NCBI GenBank assembly: GCA_902540805.1
Contig: CACBON010000004.1
Span: 25,320-89,319, forward strand
From: an uncultured Alphaproteobacteria bacterium
GTDB taxonomy: Bacteria > Pseudomonadota > Alphaproteobacteria > Methylaequorales > Methylaequoraceae
Direction: 5' to 3'
Length of the DNA: 64,000 nt
Shown here one piece after another: positions 39,653-49,430 of the stretch. The notes beneath the pieces are model-generated. The model saw only the letters and a program-made list of their open reading frames with translations. It was not told the DNA's origin and did no database searches. The stretch's first letter is position 1. Every line of letters begins with the position of its first letter. The position numbers were made by a program, and so were the translations under genes.

Positions 39653-41199
39653 ACGAGTCAATCGTAATAATTGATTTTGGATCACAGGTTACAAAGCTAA
39701 TCGCAAGAAGAATTCGAGAGTTCGGAGTTTTTAGCAACATAATACCTTTTAACCAAGTTACAAAAAATTTATTTAATAATAATTCTATAAAAGGAATTAT
39801 TTTCTCAGGTGGTCCAAAATCAGTTCATGAAAAAAACTCACCCAAGATTGACGACTATATCTACGAACAAGAAATCCCAATTTTGGGTATTTGTTACGGA
39901 CTTCAATTAATTGCCAAACAATTTGGAGGAAAGATAACTCCGTCAAAAGACAGAGAATTTGGTAAAACACAAATAAAATTAAACAAAAAGTCTCCGCTTC
40001 TTGAAAATGTTCTTATTCCAAACAAACAAGTTCAAGTGTGGATGAGTCACTCAGATAAAATTTCAGTAATTCCAAATAGTTTTGAAAAGATAGCATCCTC
40101 AGACAATTGTGAGTTTGCTGTAATTCAAAATCAAAAAAAAAAACTTTACGGCGTTCAATTTCATCCAGAGGTGGTTCACACCATTGGAGGAAAAAAAATA
40201 CTTAAGAATTTTATAAGAAATATTTGCGGATGTTCTGCAAAATGGAATATGAAATTTTTCAAAAAAAAAATAATTGAAGATATAAAAAAGCAAGTGGGAC
40301 AAAATAAAGTAATATGTGGATTGTCAGGGGGTGTTGATTCAACAGTTACAGCCGCCTTAATAAATTCTGCAATTGGAAAAAATCTAATTTGTGTTTTTGT
40401 TGATACTGGTCTTATGAGAGAAAACGAAGGAAAGGAAATAAAGAATCTTTTTCAAAAAAATTTTAAAATCAAATTGAAGGTAATTAATAGTGCTAATGAT
40501 TTTTTTTCAAAACTAAAAGGTAAAAGTGATCCTGAAAAAAAAAGAAAAATTATTGGAAAAGAATTTATAAAAATTTTTGAAAGATTTGCACTTGAACAAA
40601 AAAATGTAAAGTTTTTAGCTCAAGGAACACTTTATCCGGACGTAATAGAATCACTTTCAAAAGTTGGTAAGGCCTCAGTTACAATTAAATCTCATCATAA
40701 TGTTGGTGGATTGCCAAAAAAAATGAAACTGAAATTAATCGAACCGTTATCAGAATTATTTAAAGATGAAGTTAGGTTATTAGGTAAAGAACTCAACGTT
40801 CCAGAAGCTTTTTTGAATAGACATCCTTTTCCTGGTCCGGGCCTAGCAATAAGACTTTTGGGGTGTGTGGATGAAAAAAATATAAAAATTCTCCGAAAAG
40901 CTGATTCAATTTTTATTAAATTAATAAAAGAAGAGGGTTTGTATGACAAAATTTGGCAAGCATTTTGTGTTTTACTTCCAATAAATACCGTCGGTGTAAT
41001 GGGTGATAATAGAACCTATGAGAAAATTTGTGTGCTAAGAGCAGTAACGTCTATTGATGGGATGACGGCTGAAACTTATAAATTCAACGATGATTTTATA
41101 AAGCGTTGTGCAAATGAAATTATTAATCGTGTGCCTGGAATAAATAGAGTTTGCTACGATATTACATCTAAGCCACCTGGAACAATTGAATTTGAATGA
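39649..41199 (+). CDS. guaA: GMP synthase (glutamine-hydrolysing)
   Basis: GATase domain (GICYGLQL, HPE), SGGVDS PP-loop and C-terminal dimerisation domain ending in TIEFE. Confidence 0.98.
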   Translation: MNESIVIIDFGSQVTKLIARRIREFGVFSNIIPFNQVTKNLFNNNSIKGIIFSGGPKSVHEKNSPKIDDYIYEQEIPILGICYGLQLIAKQFGGKITPSKDREFGKTQIKLNKKSPLLENVLIPNKQVQVWMSHSDKISVIPNSFEKIASSDNCEFAVIQNQKKKLYGVQFHPEVVHTIGGKKILKNFIRNICGCSAKWNMKFFKKKIIEDIKKQVGQNKVICGLSGGVDSTVTAALINSAIGKNLICVFVDTGLMRENEGKEIKNLFQKNFKIKLKVINSANDFFSKLKGKSDPEKKRKIIGKEFIKIFERFALEQKNVKFLAQGTLYPDVIESLSKVGKASVTIKSHHNVGGLPKKMKLKLIEPLSELFKDEVRLLGKELNVPEAFLNRHPFPGPGLAIRLLGCVDEKNIKILRKADSIFIKLIKEEGLYDKIWQAFCVLLPINTVGVMGDNRTYEKICVLRAVTSIDGMTAETYKFNDDFIKRCANEIINRVPGINRVCYDITSKPPGTIEFE

Positions 41200-42023
41200 A
41201 AAAGTTATGCTTAATTTGCAGTGGATCTGTAAAAGAGATAAATAGTTACTCACATAAATGTAAGAAATGTGGTTTTTATTTTTCAACTCTTTCTTCAGGT
41301 TATGGTCAGGATGTAAAAGGTCTTGAACATATTCGTAAACAAAATTTCAAGAAAATATTAAATATCATTATGAATTTAAAAAAAAATCCCAAAATTCTAG
41401 AAATTGGTTCAGGCGATGGTTATTTCATTGAAGAATGTATTAATTTTGATATTTCTATATTCGGATCTGAAGCGTCTTTGGACAGTTTAAAGAGTTTAAA
41501 AAAAAAATTTAAAAACAAGGTAGAAATATTTAATCTTTCTCTTCCAGAATCGATAATTAAAAAAACAAAAACTAGATTTGATTTTATTGTTTTTAATGAT
41601 GTTTTTGAACATCTAACTAATCTACATAAAGTTATAAATACTTCGCAACTGGCTTTAAAGAAAGATGGCATTATTATAATAAACTCTCCAACATCTGACG
41701 GAATAATTTTTAATTTTTCGTTATTTTTAATGAACTTAGGTTTTACAAAGTTTTATGATAGACTCTGGCAGAAGAATATGAATTCACCTCATTTAAGTTA
41801 TTTCAATAAAAAAAACTTAAATCTATTATTTTCTAAACATAATTTTTATGAATTTATCTCAGGTAATCTTAATTCATTGGATATTAATAATTCCTCAAGG
41901 TTTAATAATCTCTTTGATTCCGTTTTTAAAAGAATTGTCTTTTCAATTTTCTGTTTTTTATTTTTTTTCTTTCAAAAATTTTTGCCAAAAGACATTATGT
42001 TTGTTTTTTTTAAACATAAGTAA
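41196..42023 (+). CDS. Class I SAM-dependent methyltransferase with N-terminal zinc ribbon
   Basis: CLICSG...CKKCGFYF zinc ribbon, ILEIGSGDGYF motif I and IVFNDVFEHL motif. Hydrophobic C-terminal tail. Its start overlaps the guaA stop (ATGA). Confidence 0.7.
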   Translation: MKKLCLICSGSVKEINSYSHKCKKCGFYFSTLSSGYGQDVKGLEHIRKQNFKKILNIIMNLKKNPKILEIGSGDGYFIEECINFDISIFGSEASLDSLKSLKKKFKNKVEIFNLSLPESIIKKTKTRFDFIVFNDVFEHLTNLHKVINTSQLALKKDGIIIINSPTSDGIIFNFSLFLMNLGFTKFYDRLWQKNMNSPHLSYFNKKNLNLLFSKHNFYEFISGNLNSLDINNSSRFNNLFDSVFKRIVFSIFCFLFFFFQKFLPKDIMFVFFKHK

Positions 42024-42157
42024 TTGGTAAATAAACAAATACAGATGAAATTCAAATTGTCTTTAAATCAATGACTTACAATCAAATGCAACTGATTCAC
42101 AATCTGTTGAACTTCGGTTAATGATCGAGCGAGTTGGACTCGGCGTACAAAATAAAG

Positions 42158-43576
42158 TTAACTTAGTAAGCTCTTCTCAATAGTTTTCGTTAACTCTTCG
42201 ATATGTAATAAGTGCATCCCAAGACCGTTACCTACTTTTGCATTTCCATTGTAAAAGGAGTCACCTATAGGATAAATTATTTTATTATGATATTTAGGCA
42301 AATCTTTATAAAATAATTTTACTCTGGGAATATATGCGAAAGGAGGCTCTAAATAAATTTGGCTGTCTATGGGTTTGTTTTTCAATATAAGATTTATCAA
42401 TTCAATTATTCTGCTGTCAATTTTTAATTTAATCTTTTCTTCAAGTTGTGCAAATTCATTGATATGAATTCTGTTTTTAAGTAAATCTTGAAATATTTTT
42501 ATATTCGATTCTTTTATATTAATTATAATTAGAACTTCATTAAGTTCTTTAATTAACTTCCCCATCCAAACATAAAAAAGATTATCACGATTATTTTTAT
42601 TTACGTAATCAGTTATTATAGTGTTTAAATTTTCTGTAATTCCAACTATTTTGAATTGATAATTAATTATCGGTTTATCGAGAAAAAACGGATAATGATA
42701 ATTATTTTTTTCTTTCAAGAGAAATGACAAATTCTCAGTGTTATTTTCATTGGTCGGTATATTAAGTAAAATTTCTTTTGTTTCATGCTCAGGATAATAT
42801 TGATAGATTTTTCCACCAGTCGCATCAATTATTAAATCAATGCCGGAGTTAATTATAAGTTCATCATAAGGATCTTTTTTAAAAAGAAATTTAACATCAA
42901 TTTTTTTGCATGACTGTAATAATAGTACTTCCATCATATTTAAATTTACTCCGATGTAATCACTATTAGAAAACCAGTCGAAGACTTCTGTTATGCTCTT
43001 GTCTACTTTAGAATTAAAAAGAAATTTTGGAAGATTTGTTAACCAATTTCTAGAATAAATTTCTTTTACACGCGGTTCTTGAATTCTGTTATCACAAACA
43101 AGTATATTAACTAAACCACCAAGTTTTTTTTTTAAATTGTTAGCAAAAAAAAGACCACAACAACCAGCGCCTATTACAACGATGTTAAATTTTTGATTTG
43201 ACGAAATAAATTTTTTTGCCAACTGAAGTGCTTGTTCATCTGTTTGGTTTTCAAAACTATCTTTTAAAAGACTACAGTTACTCATGGCAGTTATTTCTTT
43301 CATAAGTTTCCATCTCGACTCAACTGTTACAAGACTTTGCAATTTCTGAAAAAGACAAAATTCTGCTTGTGTTAATGGGAGGTTATAATTCTTTTTGTCT
43401 TTTTTAAACTTCCCTATATTGCAACTTTTTACTTCAAGGTTATCAATTAAAAATTCTTTATCATGACTTAGTGAATATATCCAGCCCATTGATGCTGTTT
43501 TAAGTGATTGAGATAATTGTTTAAAAAAAAAATTTTTGAGTTCTAAATTTAGAATTAATCTTTTCTTTTCTTCCAT
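42158..43576 (-). CDS. Hypothetical FAD/NAD(P)-binding (Rossmann GxGxxG) protein with ~130-aa N-terminal extension
   Basis: NIVVIGAGCCGLFFANNLKKKLGGLVNILVCDNR is a beta-alpha-beta dinucleotide fold. The C-terminal IGDSFYNGNAKVGNGLGMH resembles the GD motif of flavoprotein monooxygenases or oxidases. I recognise no closer family. Confidence 0.45.
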   Translation of the reverse strand: MEEKKRLILNLELKNFFFKQLSQSLKTASMGWIYSLSHDKEFLIDNLEVKSCNIGKFKKDKKNYNLPLTQAEFCLFQKLQSLVTVESRWKLMKEITAMSNCSLLKDSFENQTDEQALQLAKKFISSNQKFNIVVIGAGCCGLFFANNLKKKLGGLVNILVCDNRIQEPRVKEIYSRNWLTNLPKFLFNSKVDKSITEVFDWFSNSDYIGVNLNMMEVLLLQSCKKIDVKFLFKKDPYDELIINSGIDLIIDATGGKIYQYYPEHETKEILLNIPTNENNTENLSFLLKEKNNYHYPFFLDKPIINYQFKIVGITENLNTIITDYVNKNNRDNLFYVWMGKLIKELNEVLIIINIKESNIKIFQDLLKNRIHINEFAQLEEKIKLKIDSRIIELINLILKNKPIDSQIYLEPPFAYIPRVKLFYKDLPKYHNKIIYPIGDSFYNGNAKVGNGLGMHLLHIEELTKTIEKSLLS

Positions 43577-43676
43577 TTGAATTGTATTTTTTAATTAGCT
43601 AAATTTTAATTGATTTTTATTGAGTTTGCTCCAATTTTTTTTTAAAAAATTGGTATGTAAATTGCTTTACAATTGT

Positions 43677-44885
43677 ATGGGTAATTTAAATCCTAATTAT
43701 TATAATAAATTTCAATGTTTGGGCTCTGAATGTATTGAAACATGTTGTCAGGGTTGGAACATTGATGTAGATCATAATTCTCACTTTAAGTTACATGATT
43801 TAAGTAGAAAATATGGTGAAAAGATTGAAAAGTTTTTAACAAAAAGTACAGATCCAACACATGATAAGTTTTCATATATTAATATGAAAAAGAATGGTTT
43901 CTGTCCTTTTTTAGATAAAAACAAACTATGTGGTATTCAAAAAAAATATGGTGAAAATTATTTACCAGAAACATGTAAAAATTTTCCTAGGAGAAAAGTT
44001 AATTTTGACACAATTCAAATTAAAACTCTGTCTCTGGCTTGTCCAGAAGTAGCAAGATTATGTCTTACTCAGAAAGACTCGATGAAAGTTTTTTTAAATG
44101 AAAAAAAAGAGGTTAATTTTTTTAAAATAGTTCCTGATCATTTGCACAATTCTTACACAAGAGTAGGTGAGCAATTATTTAATAGAATTTACAATCTTTT
44201 CAAGAAAAAAAAATTGCACATTCCAAATTTACTTTTTATTTGCGAGAGTATTCTAAATGAACAAAAAAATCTTGAGGTTAATCCTGACAAAATAGATAGT
44301 GTTTTAGATTTTTTGGTCAATGAATTTAAAAAATTAGATTTTCTAAATTTTGATAGATCAACACTAAAACTTAATTTTTTGAATGATCTGAATATTTTCT
44401 TTCAAAAAACACTACCAGAAAGTTCGTTGAGTGGAATATTATCAAAAACTCAGAATGAATTAGTTGAAAAATTTTCTAATCTCGAAGAAGCATCAAATAA
44501 TTTTAAAATTATTAATAAAATGAAATATGAAAACTTTGAAAAAAAAAATTATAGAATTTTTAGGAATTATTTTTTAAATGAAATATTGGGACATGCCCAA
44601 ATTTTTACCAATCAAACACCTAATTGCAGAAATAGATTCTATTTGACAATTTTATGCGCAATAGTCTCAAAAATTATAACCATTGGAAATATTTCAGAAA
44701 ATCCAAATAAAAATCATAAAGAAGATATTTTGATAAACTCAATACAAAAAGTAGCTAAAAATTTTTCAGCTTTCGTTAACGTTGATGAAAATCAAGAATA
44801 CAAATTTGATTCAGAAATTTGTGCGATGCTAGAAAAAATTGATAAAAATAATATCTTTAACGCTCTGTTCTTGCTTTTTGATTAA
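43677..44885 (+). CDS. FliB-like protein lysine-N-methylase family protein (Cys-rich CxxxCxxxCC domain)
   Basis: FQCLGSECIETCCQGWNIDVD, FCPFLDKNKLCGIQKKYG, ETCKNFPRR and LSLACPEVARL follow the order and spacing of the Salmonella FliB flagellin lysine methylase N-terminal region. Start set at the ATG at 43677; a TTG at 43620 is possible. Confidence 0.6.
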   Translation: MGNLNPNYYNKFQCLGSECIETCCQGWNIDVDHNSHFKLHDLSRKYGEKIEKFLTKSTDPTHDKFSYINMKKNGFCPFLDKNKLCGIQKKYGENYLPETCKNFPRRKVNFDTIQIKTLSLACPEVARLCLTQKDSMKVFLNEKKEVNFFKIVPDHLHNSYTRVGEQLFNRIYNLFKKKKLHIPNLLFICESILNEQKNLEVNPDKIDSVLDFLVNEFKKLDFLNFDRSTLKLNFLNDLNIFFQKTLPESSLSGILSKTQNELVEKFSNLEEASNNFKIINKMKYENFEKKNYRIFRNYFLNEILGHAQIFTNQTPNCRNRFYLTILCAIVSKIITIGNISENPNKNHKEDILINSIQKVAKNFSAFVNVDENQEYKFDSEICAMLEKIDKNNIFNALFLLFD

Positions 44886-45089
44886 AAAGTAACCTCTAAT
44901 CTAAAATAACTTAAATCACTCCACTTTAATATATGACCCTACCCCACGATTCTAGAGTTATAGATTAAACATTAATAGAAATATTATGTATTTTTTTTTT
45001 ACAAGTAATTGATAAATTTAAAAAATTACAGTTGAGATTTTCAAAATATTATTCCATAAACAACTTGATGCTATAATATTTGATATGAA

Positions 45090-45980
45090 TCATTTTTTAG
45101 AAAATATATTTTCTACCACTTCACTTGAAGAAAAATGTCCGTATTTGCATGCTAAATCAAAGTTTGGTTCCATGAAAATATCATTTATATCTTCTGGGAT
45201 TTCTTCAAAATTCTTTTTGAACTCCTCTTTTATAAAAAAAGCATTCGATCCGGTATGAGAATTACAACAAATTAATTTATAATCGTGATTCTTAAAGAGC
45301 TTGTTAAAACTTTCCAACGAAGCGCCATAATTATCGTCTAACTCCCAGTTATGAAATTGGTTATACTTCATTATAAATTCAATTGGTGGAAAAAACTTTG
45401 GATTATATTCAACTATAAAAAGCTTGGGGTAAATTTTATTGTCCAGTAATTTTTTGGTAAAATGAAAATCATTTCCATCTAAGTCTAGCGAAATTACATC
45501 TAGATTTTTAATGTTCATATTCTTTAAATTATTTTTTGTAATCTCTAATATATTATCTAGAGTAATCCAGTTTTTTGAATAATTAAATCTACTACCTGGT
45601 TTGTATTTAAAATTTAAATCTTCACCACCAACCCAGAAACCTTTCCAGCCCAAAGCTGCAAGTAAAATTGTATTATTTTCAAGACCATCTCCAACTCCAT
45701 ATTCTGCATAACTCCCTTTTTTAATATTTAATCTTTTTATAATCTCGAATGTAATCCCATCTTCATCAGTTTGAGAAAAACATTTTCTCCCATATTTATT
45801 AAATGGATTTTTACAATTTTCTTTTCTTGATACATAACCGTTTTTAACAATTAGATCTTTAATAATTGTTAAGAGTTGGCTCTGTAAATTTGATTGATCT
45901 ACTATTTTTCTATTTTCTATTATAAGTTTATTAATAGAAGAAACTGTAGAGTCATTTGATAACAAATTATTATGATCCAT
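45090..45980 (-). CDS. Putative FkbM-like SAM-dependent methyltransferase
   Basis: SQTDEDGITFEII...GSYAEYGVGDGLENNTILLAALGWKGFWVGGE resembles the SQxGED...E.GAxDG..SNT...GW.G pattern of FkbM-type methyltransferases. Weak call. Confidence 0.4.
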   Translation of the reverse strand: MDHNNLLSNDSTVSSINKLIIENRKIVDQSNLQSQLLTIIKDLIVKNGYVSRKENCKNPFNKYGRKCFSQTDEDGITFEIIKRLNIKKGSYAEYGVGDGLENNTILLAALGWKGFWVGGEDLNFKYKPGSRFNYSKNWITLDNILEITKNNLKNMNIKNLDVISLDLDGNDFHFTKKLLDNKIYPKLFIVEYNPKFFPPIEFIMKYNQFHNWELDDNYGASLESFNKLFKNHDYKLICCNSHTGSNAFFIKEEFKKNFEEIPEDINDIFMEPNFDLACKYGHFSSSEVVENIFSKK

Positions 45981-46056
45981 AATTGAATAACAGCAAATTA
46001 TATGCCATGTGATAATAGTAAAAATAAGAAATTTTTTAAAATTTAATAACTTATAA

Positions 46057-47358
46057 TTACTTACAGTTTGTTCTTAATTTCAAAAACTCTTTAATTTCTT
46101 CTAAAGGATGATGCCAGTTATTTAATTCTTTTTGTTTGAATTTTTTAACGCATTTATAGAGTACACCGTTATTTTTTTCATTCCACCTAGGATCATGTAT
46201 TTTTGATAGCAGAAGAAGGGTTTTTTTATTTAACATTGCTGATAAATGTACAAGAGATGTACATGAAGAAATTACAAGATCCATTCGAGATAAAAAAGAT
46301 GCTGTGTCAGTGAAATCATCCAGATAATTACTTAAATCATGAAGGTTACTAATTTGATCAATTATCTCATGATCTTTAACATTTGTTATTTTTTGTAATA
46401 CAAAAAAATTAATGTTCTTATTATTAAGTATTTGTTTTAAAAAATCCAATCGAACAGACCTAAAAGAATTTCTCGTTTGACTGCATCTGCCGCTCCATGC
46501 AATTCCGACATTAAGTTTCTTGTTATCCATTAATTTAAGAATTTTTTTAGGATATTTTTTATAATCTTTTGTAAGATTGATATCATCGACTTTTAAAGGC
46601 TTTCTTTTAATTTTTGATTTATAAAAAAGAAAGAGCAAACTCATACTATAAATTTTGTAACTATACAAATTCAAGTCGTTTTTATTAACATTCTTTATGA
46701 TTTTAATATTTTTTAACCCTTTAATATTTCTGATAAAATTATATAATTTATCACTCACCAAATATGTAATACTATAACCTAATAGTGAAAGTCTTGATAG
46801 GTAATGACAAATCATAAGTTGATCTCCAAAACCTTGTTCACCAATAATTAGAATTTTATTATTCTTATTTATTTGTTTTAAATCCGTGACCTCTTGAAGA
46901 TGGTTTTCTTTATAATTTTCATGTAATAGCAAACATCTTTCTTTATCCCTTTCTTCATACAATAATAATCCTTTACAGTAATCTCCTGAAGTTTGTTCTA
47001 AGATTGAAAGATTCAATTTAGCCCATTCAGAATTTTTATCAATTTCTAGAGTCCTTTTATAAAATTCTTTTGCCATTTTAAATTTATTTGATTCATAATA
47101 AAAAAGACCAAGGGCACATGTAGCATTAGGATTTTTCGGATTTATTTTGTATGCAGTTTCAAAACACATAAATGACATTTCGAAATCAAGGTTCTTTAGG
47201 TGAGCAAATCCAAGTTCTACCCAAATATTGGAATCATGAGGATATTTTTGTAAAATATTACTAAATAAGTTAATCCCTTCAACTAAATCACCTTGTGAAT
47301 ACAAAATGTAGGGTTTTGAGTTAAGGATATCTGAGTAAGTATTATTAAACCTTTCCAT
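46057..47358 (-). CDS. TPR-repeat protein fused to a glycosyltransferase family 9 (heptosyltransferase)-like domain
   Basis: The N-terminal ~130 aa are TPR-like. The C-terminal region has IIGEQGFGDQLM, VGIAWSG and a TSLVHLSAML block resembling GT9 donor-binding motifs. Paralogous to 61615..63255. Confidence 0.6.
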   Translation of the reverse strand: MERFNNTYSDILNSKPYILYSQGDLVEGINLFSNILQKYPHDSNIWVELGFAHLKNLDFEMSFMCFETAYKINPKNPNATCALGLFYYESNKFKMAKEFYKRTLEIDKNSEWAKLNLSILEQTSGDYCKGLLLYEERDKERCLLLHENYKENHLQEVTDLKQINKNNKILIIGEQGFGDQLMICHYLSRLSLLGYSITYLVSDKLYNFIRNIKGLKNIKIIKNVNKNDLNLYSYKIYSMSLLFLFYKSKIKRKPLKVDDINLTKDYKKYPKKILKLMDNKKLNVGIAWSGRCSQTRNSFRSVRLDFLKQILNNKNINFFVLQKITNVKDHEIIDQISNLHDLSNYLDDFTDTASFLSRMDLVISSCTSLVHLSAMLNKKTLLLLSKIHDPRWNEKNNGVLYKCVKKFKQKELNNWHHPLEEIKEFLKLRTNCK

Positions 47359-47580
47359 TTCTATATTTGTTCAAGTATTATGCCAAAATTTCTTATGGTT
47401 ATTAAATTAGAACATACCCAAGATTTTATTTAGTAATTTTCAATAATATAGATTAAATGAAGTGCAGGCTTTTTTATAAATAGTGGCATAATTATTGCTC
47501 ACTATTTAATTATTATAATGAAATTAAGATTAACGAATAGAAAGTAAATTTATTATAATTTTTGCTCCAAAGGTACATTT

Positions 47581-48345
47581 ATGAAAGCAGTGATTTTAGC
47601 AGGTGGATTAGGAACTAGAATTTCTGAAGAAACTCATTTAAAACCCAAACCAATGATTGAAATTGGAGGCAAACCAATAATTTGGCACATTATGAAACAA
47701 TATTCTCAGCATGGAATTAATGATTTCATAATTTGTTGTGGATATAAGGGGTATTTAATAAAAGAATATTTTTATAATTATTCACTTCATTTAACTGATA
47801 TCACCATAAATACAAAGAACAACCAGACTTGGTTCCATGATAATTATGCTGAAGATTGGAATGTAACATTGGTAGATACTGGCGAAAAAACAATGACAGG
47901 TGGAAGACTTAAGAGAATCTCAAGGTATTTAGATAGTGAAGAAGATTTCTGTTTTACCTATGGAGATGGTATTGGTGATATAAACATCTCTAAAGCAATT
48001 AATGAACATAAAAAAAGTGGAAAGTTAGCTACCGTCACGGCAACTCAACCCCAAGGAAGATTTGGTTCACTTTCGATAGATAAGGGGAAAATAAAAAGTT
48101 TTAAAGAAAAACCAGCTGAGTGGATAAATGCAGGATTTTTTGTATTGAAAAAAAAGGTTATTGACAGAATTGATGGAGATAATTGTGCATGGGAAGAAAA
48201 ACCTATGGAGAGTTTAGCGTCTGAGGGACAATTTTCTGTGTATTTTCACAATGGATTTTGGCAACCAATGGACACATTAAGAGATAAAATAAAATTGGAA
48301 AAATTATGGAACAATGGTGATGCTCCCTGGAAAACGTGGTCATGA
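47581..48345 (+). CDS. rfbF: Glucose-1-phosphate cytidylyltransferase
   Basis: MKAVILAGGLGTRISEETHLKPKPMIEIGGKPIIWHIMK is near-canonical RfbF/DdhA. 254 aa. Confidence 0.92.
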   Translation: MKAVILAGGLGTRISEETHLKPKPMIEIGGKPIIWHIMKQYSQHGINDFIICCGYKGYLIKEYFYNYSLHLTDITINTKNNQTWFHDNYAEDWNVTLVDTGEKTMTGGRLKRISRYLDSEEDFCFTYGDGIGDINISKAINEHKKSGKLATVTATQPQGRFGSLSIDKGKIKSFKEKPAEWINAGFFVLKKKVIDRIDGDNCAWEEKPMESLASEGQFSVYFHNGFWQPMDTLRDKIKLEKLWNNGDAPWKTWS

Positions 48346-49409
48346 ATAATTCCTTCTGGAATAATAGAAAGGTTTTCATAACAGGACATACTGGTTTCAA
48401 AGGTAGTTGGTTGACTTTATGGTTAAAAAGTCTTGGAGCAAAGATTTGTGGTTATGCTTTAAAACCTGAGTCTAAGAAATCTCTTTTTTATGAAGCCGAC
48501 GTTTCAAAAGGCATAGAATCAAATTTTGCAAATATCCTAAATTACAAAGTTTTATGTGAAAAAATTAACAATTTTTCTCCAGAAGTTGTTTTTCATCTTG
48601 CTGCTCAACCATTAGTGAAAAAGTCTTATCTTAATCCATTAGATACCTTTTCAACTAATATTTCTGGAACAATAAATGTACTAGAATCACTAAGATATTC
48701 TAAAAATATCAGATCCGTCGTAATTGTCACAACGGACAAAGTTTATGAAAATAAAGAAATTAAAGAGGGATACAAAGAGACTGATTCACTGGGTGGTTTT
48801 GATCCGTATAGTAGCAGTAAAGCATGTTGTGAAATTATAACAAATTGTTATAGATCTTCTTTTTTTCAAAATAAAAATTTAAAAATTGGGATTGCCACAG
48901 CTAGAGCTGGAAATGTAATTGGTGGGGGAGATTATTCAGAGAATAGATTAGTACCGGATATATTTAGATCTATAAAGGAGAAAAAAGCAATAAAAGTAAG
49001 AAATATAGGATCTACTAGACCATGGCAACATGTCTTAGAAGCATTAAATGGATACATAATTCTGGCAGAAGCGCTTTACCATAATCATAAAAAGTACTCT
49101 GAAGCGTGGAATTTTGGGCCAAGATCTCAAGACTGTAAAAAAGTTAAATGGATACTTAATGAATTTCAAAAAAAACATAATTTTGATATTATTGATACTT
49201 CTAATCATATTAATGATCATGAATCAAAATCTCTAAATCTGGATATTTCAAAATCCATCAAAAAACTTAGTTGGAAGCCATATTTACCTATTAATGAAGC
49301 AATACAACTTACGTCACAATGGTTCAAGCAAAAAGAAGGTGGAAAATTACCATCGCAAATCATTAAAGATCAAATAAATTATTATGAAGAAAAAAAAATG
49401 GTAATGTAG
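48336..49409 (+). CDS. rfbG: CDP-glucose 4,6-dehydratase
   Basis: FWNNRKVFITGHTGFKGSWLTLWL N-terminus and the YSSSKA catalytic motif. 357 aa, overlaps rfbF by 10 nt. Confidence 0.9.
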   Translation: MVMNNSFWNNRKVFITGHTGFKGSWLTLWLKSLGAKICGYALKPESKKSLFYEADVSKGIESNFANILNYKVLCEKINNFSPEVVFHLAAQPLVKKSYLNPLDTFSTNISGTINVLESLRYSKNIRSVVIVTTDKVYENKEIKEGYKETDSLGGFDPYSSSKACCEIITNCYRSSFFQNKNLKIGIATARAGNVIGGGDYSENRLVPDIFRSIKEKKAIKVRNIGSTRPWQHVLEALNGYIILAEALYHNHKKYSEAWNFGPRSQDCKKVKWILNEFQKKHNFDIIDTSNHINDHESKSLNLDISKSIKKLSWKPYLPINEAIQLTSQWFKQKEGGKLPSQIIKDQINYYEEKKMVM

Positions 49410-49430
49410 GCTGGTTCAGAACTTAATTTA

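Noticed and set aside
42122-42145. GC-richer patch whose reverse complement (CGCCGAGTCCAACTCGCTCGATCA) resembles the T-arm and acceptor 3' end of the tRNA-Leu at 5659..5747, considered as an att-like island boundary
   Set aside because: The match is only partial, with an indel and a degenerate CCA end. The orientation is opposite to the intact tRNA, and no integrase or second repeat is present. It may just be a weak bidirectional hairpin (CGAG-TTGGA-CTCG) between convergent genes.
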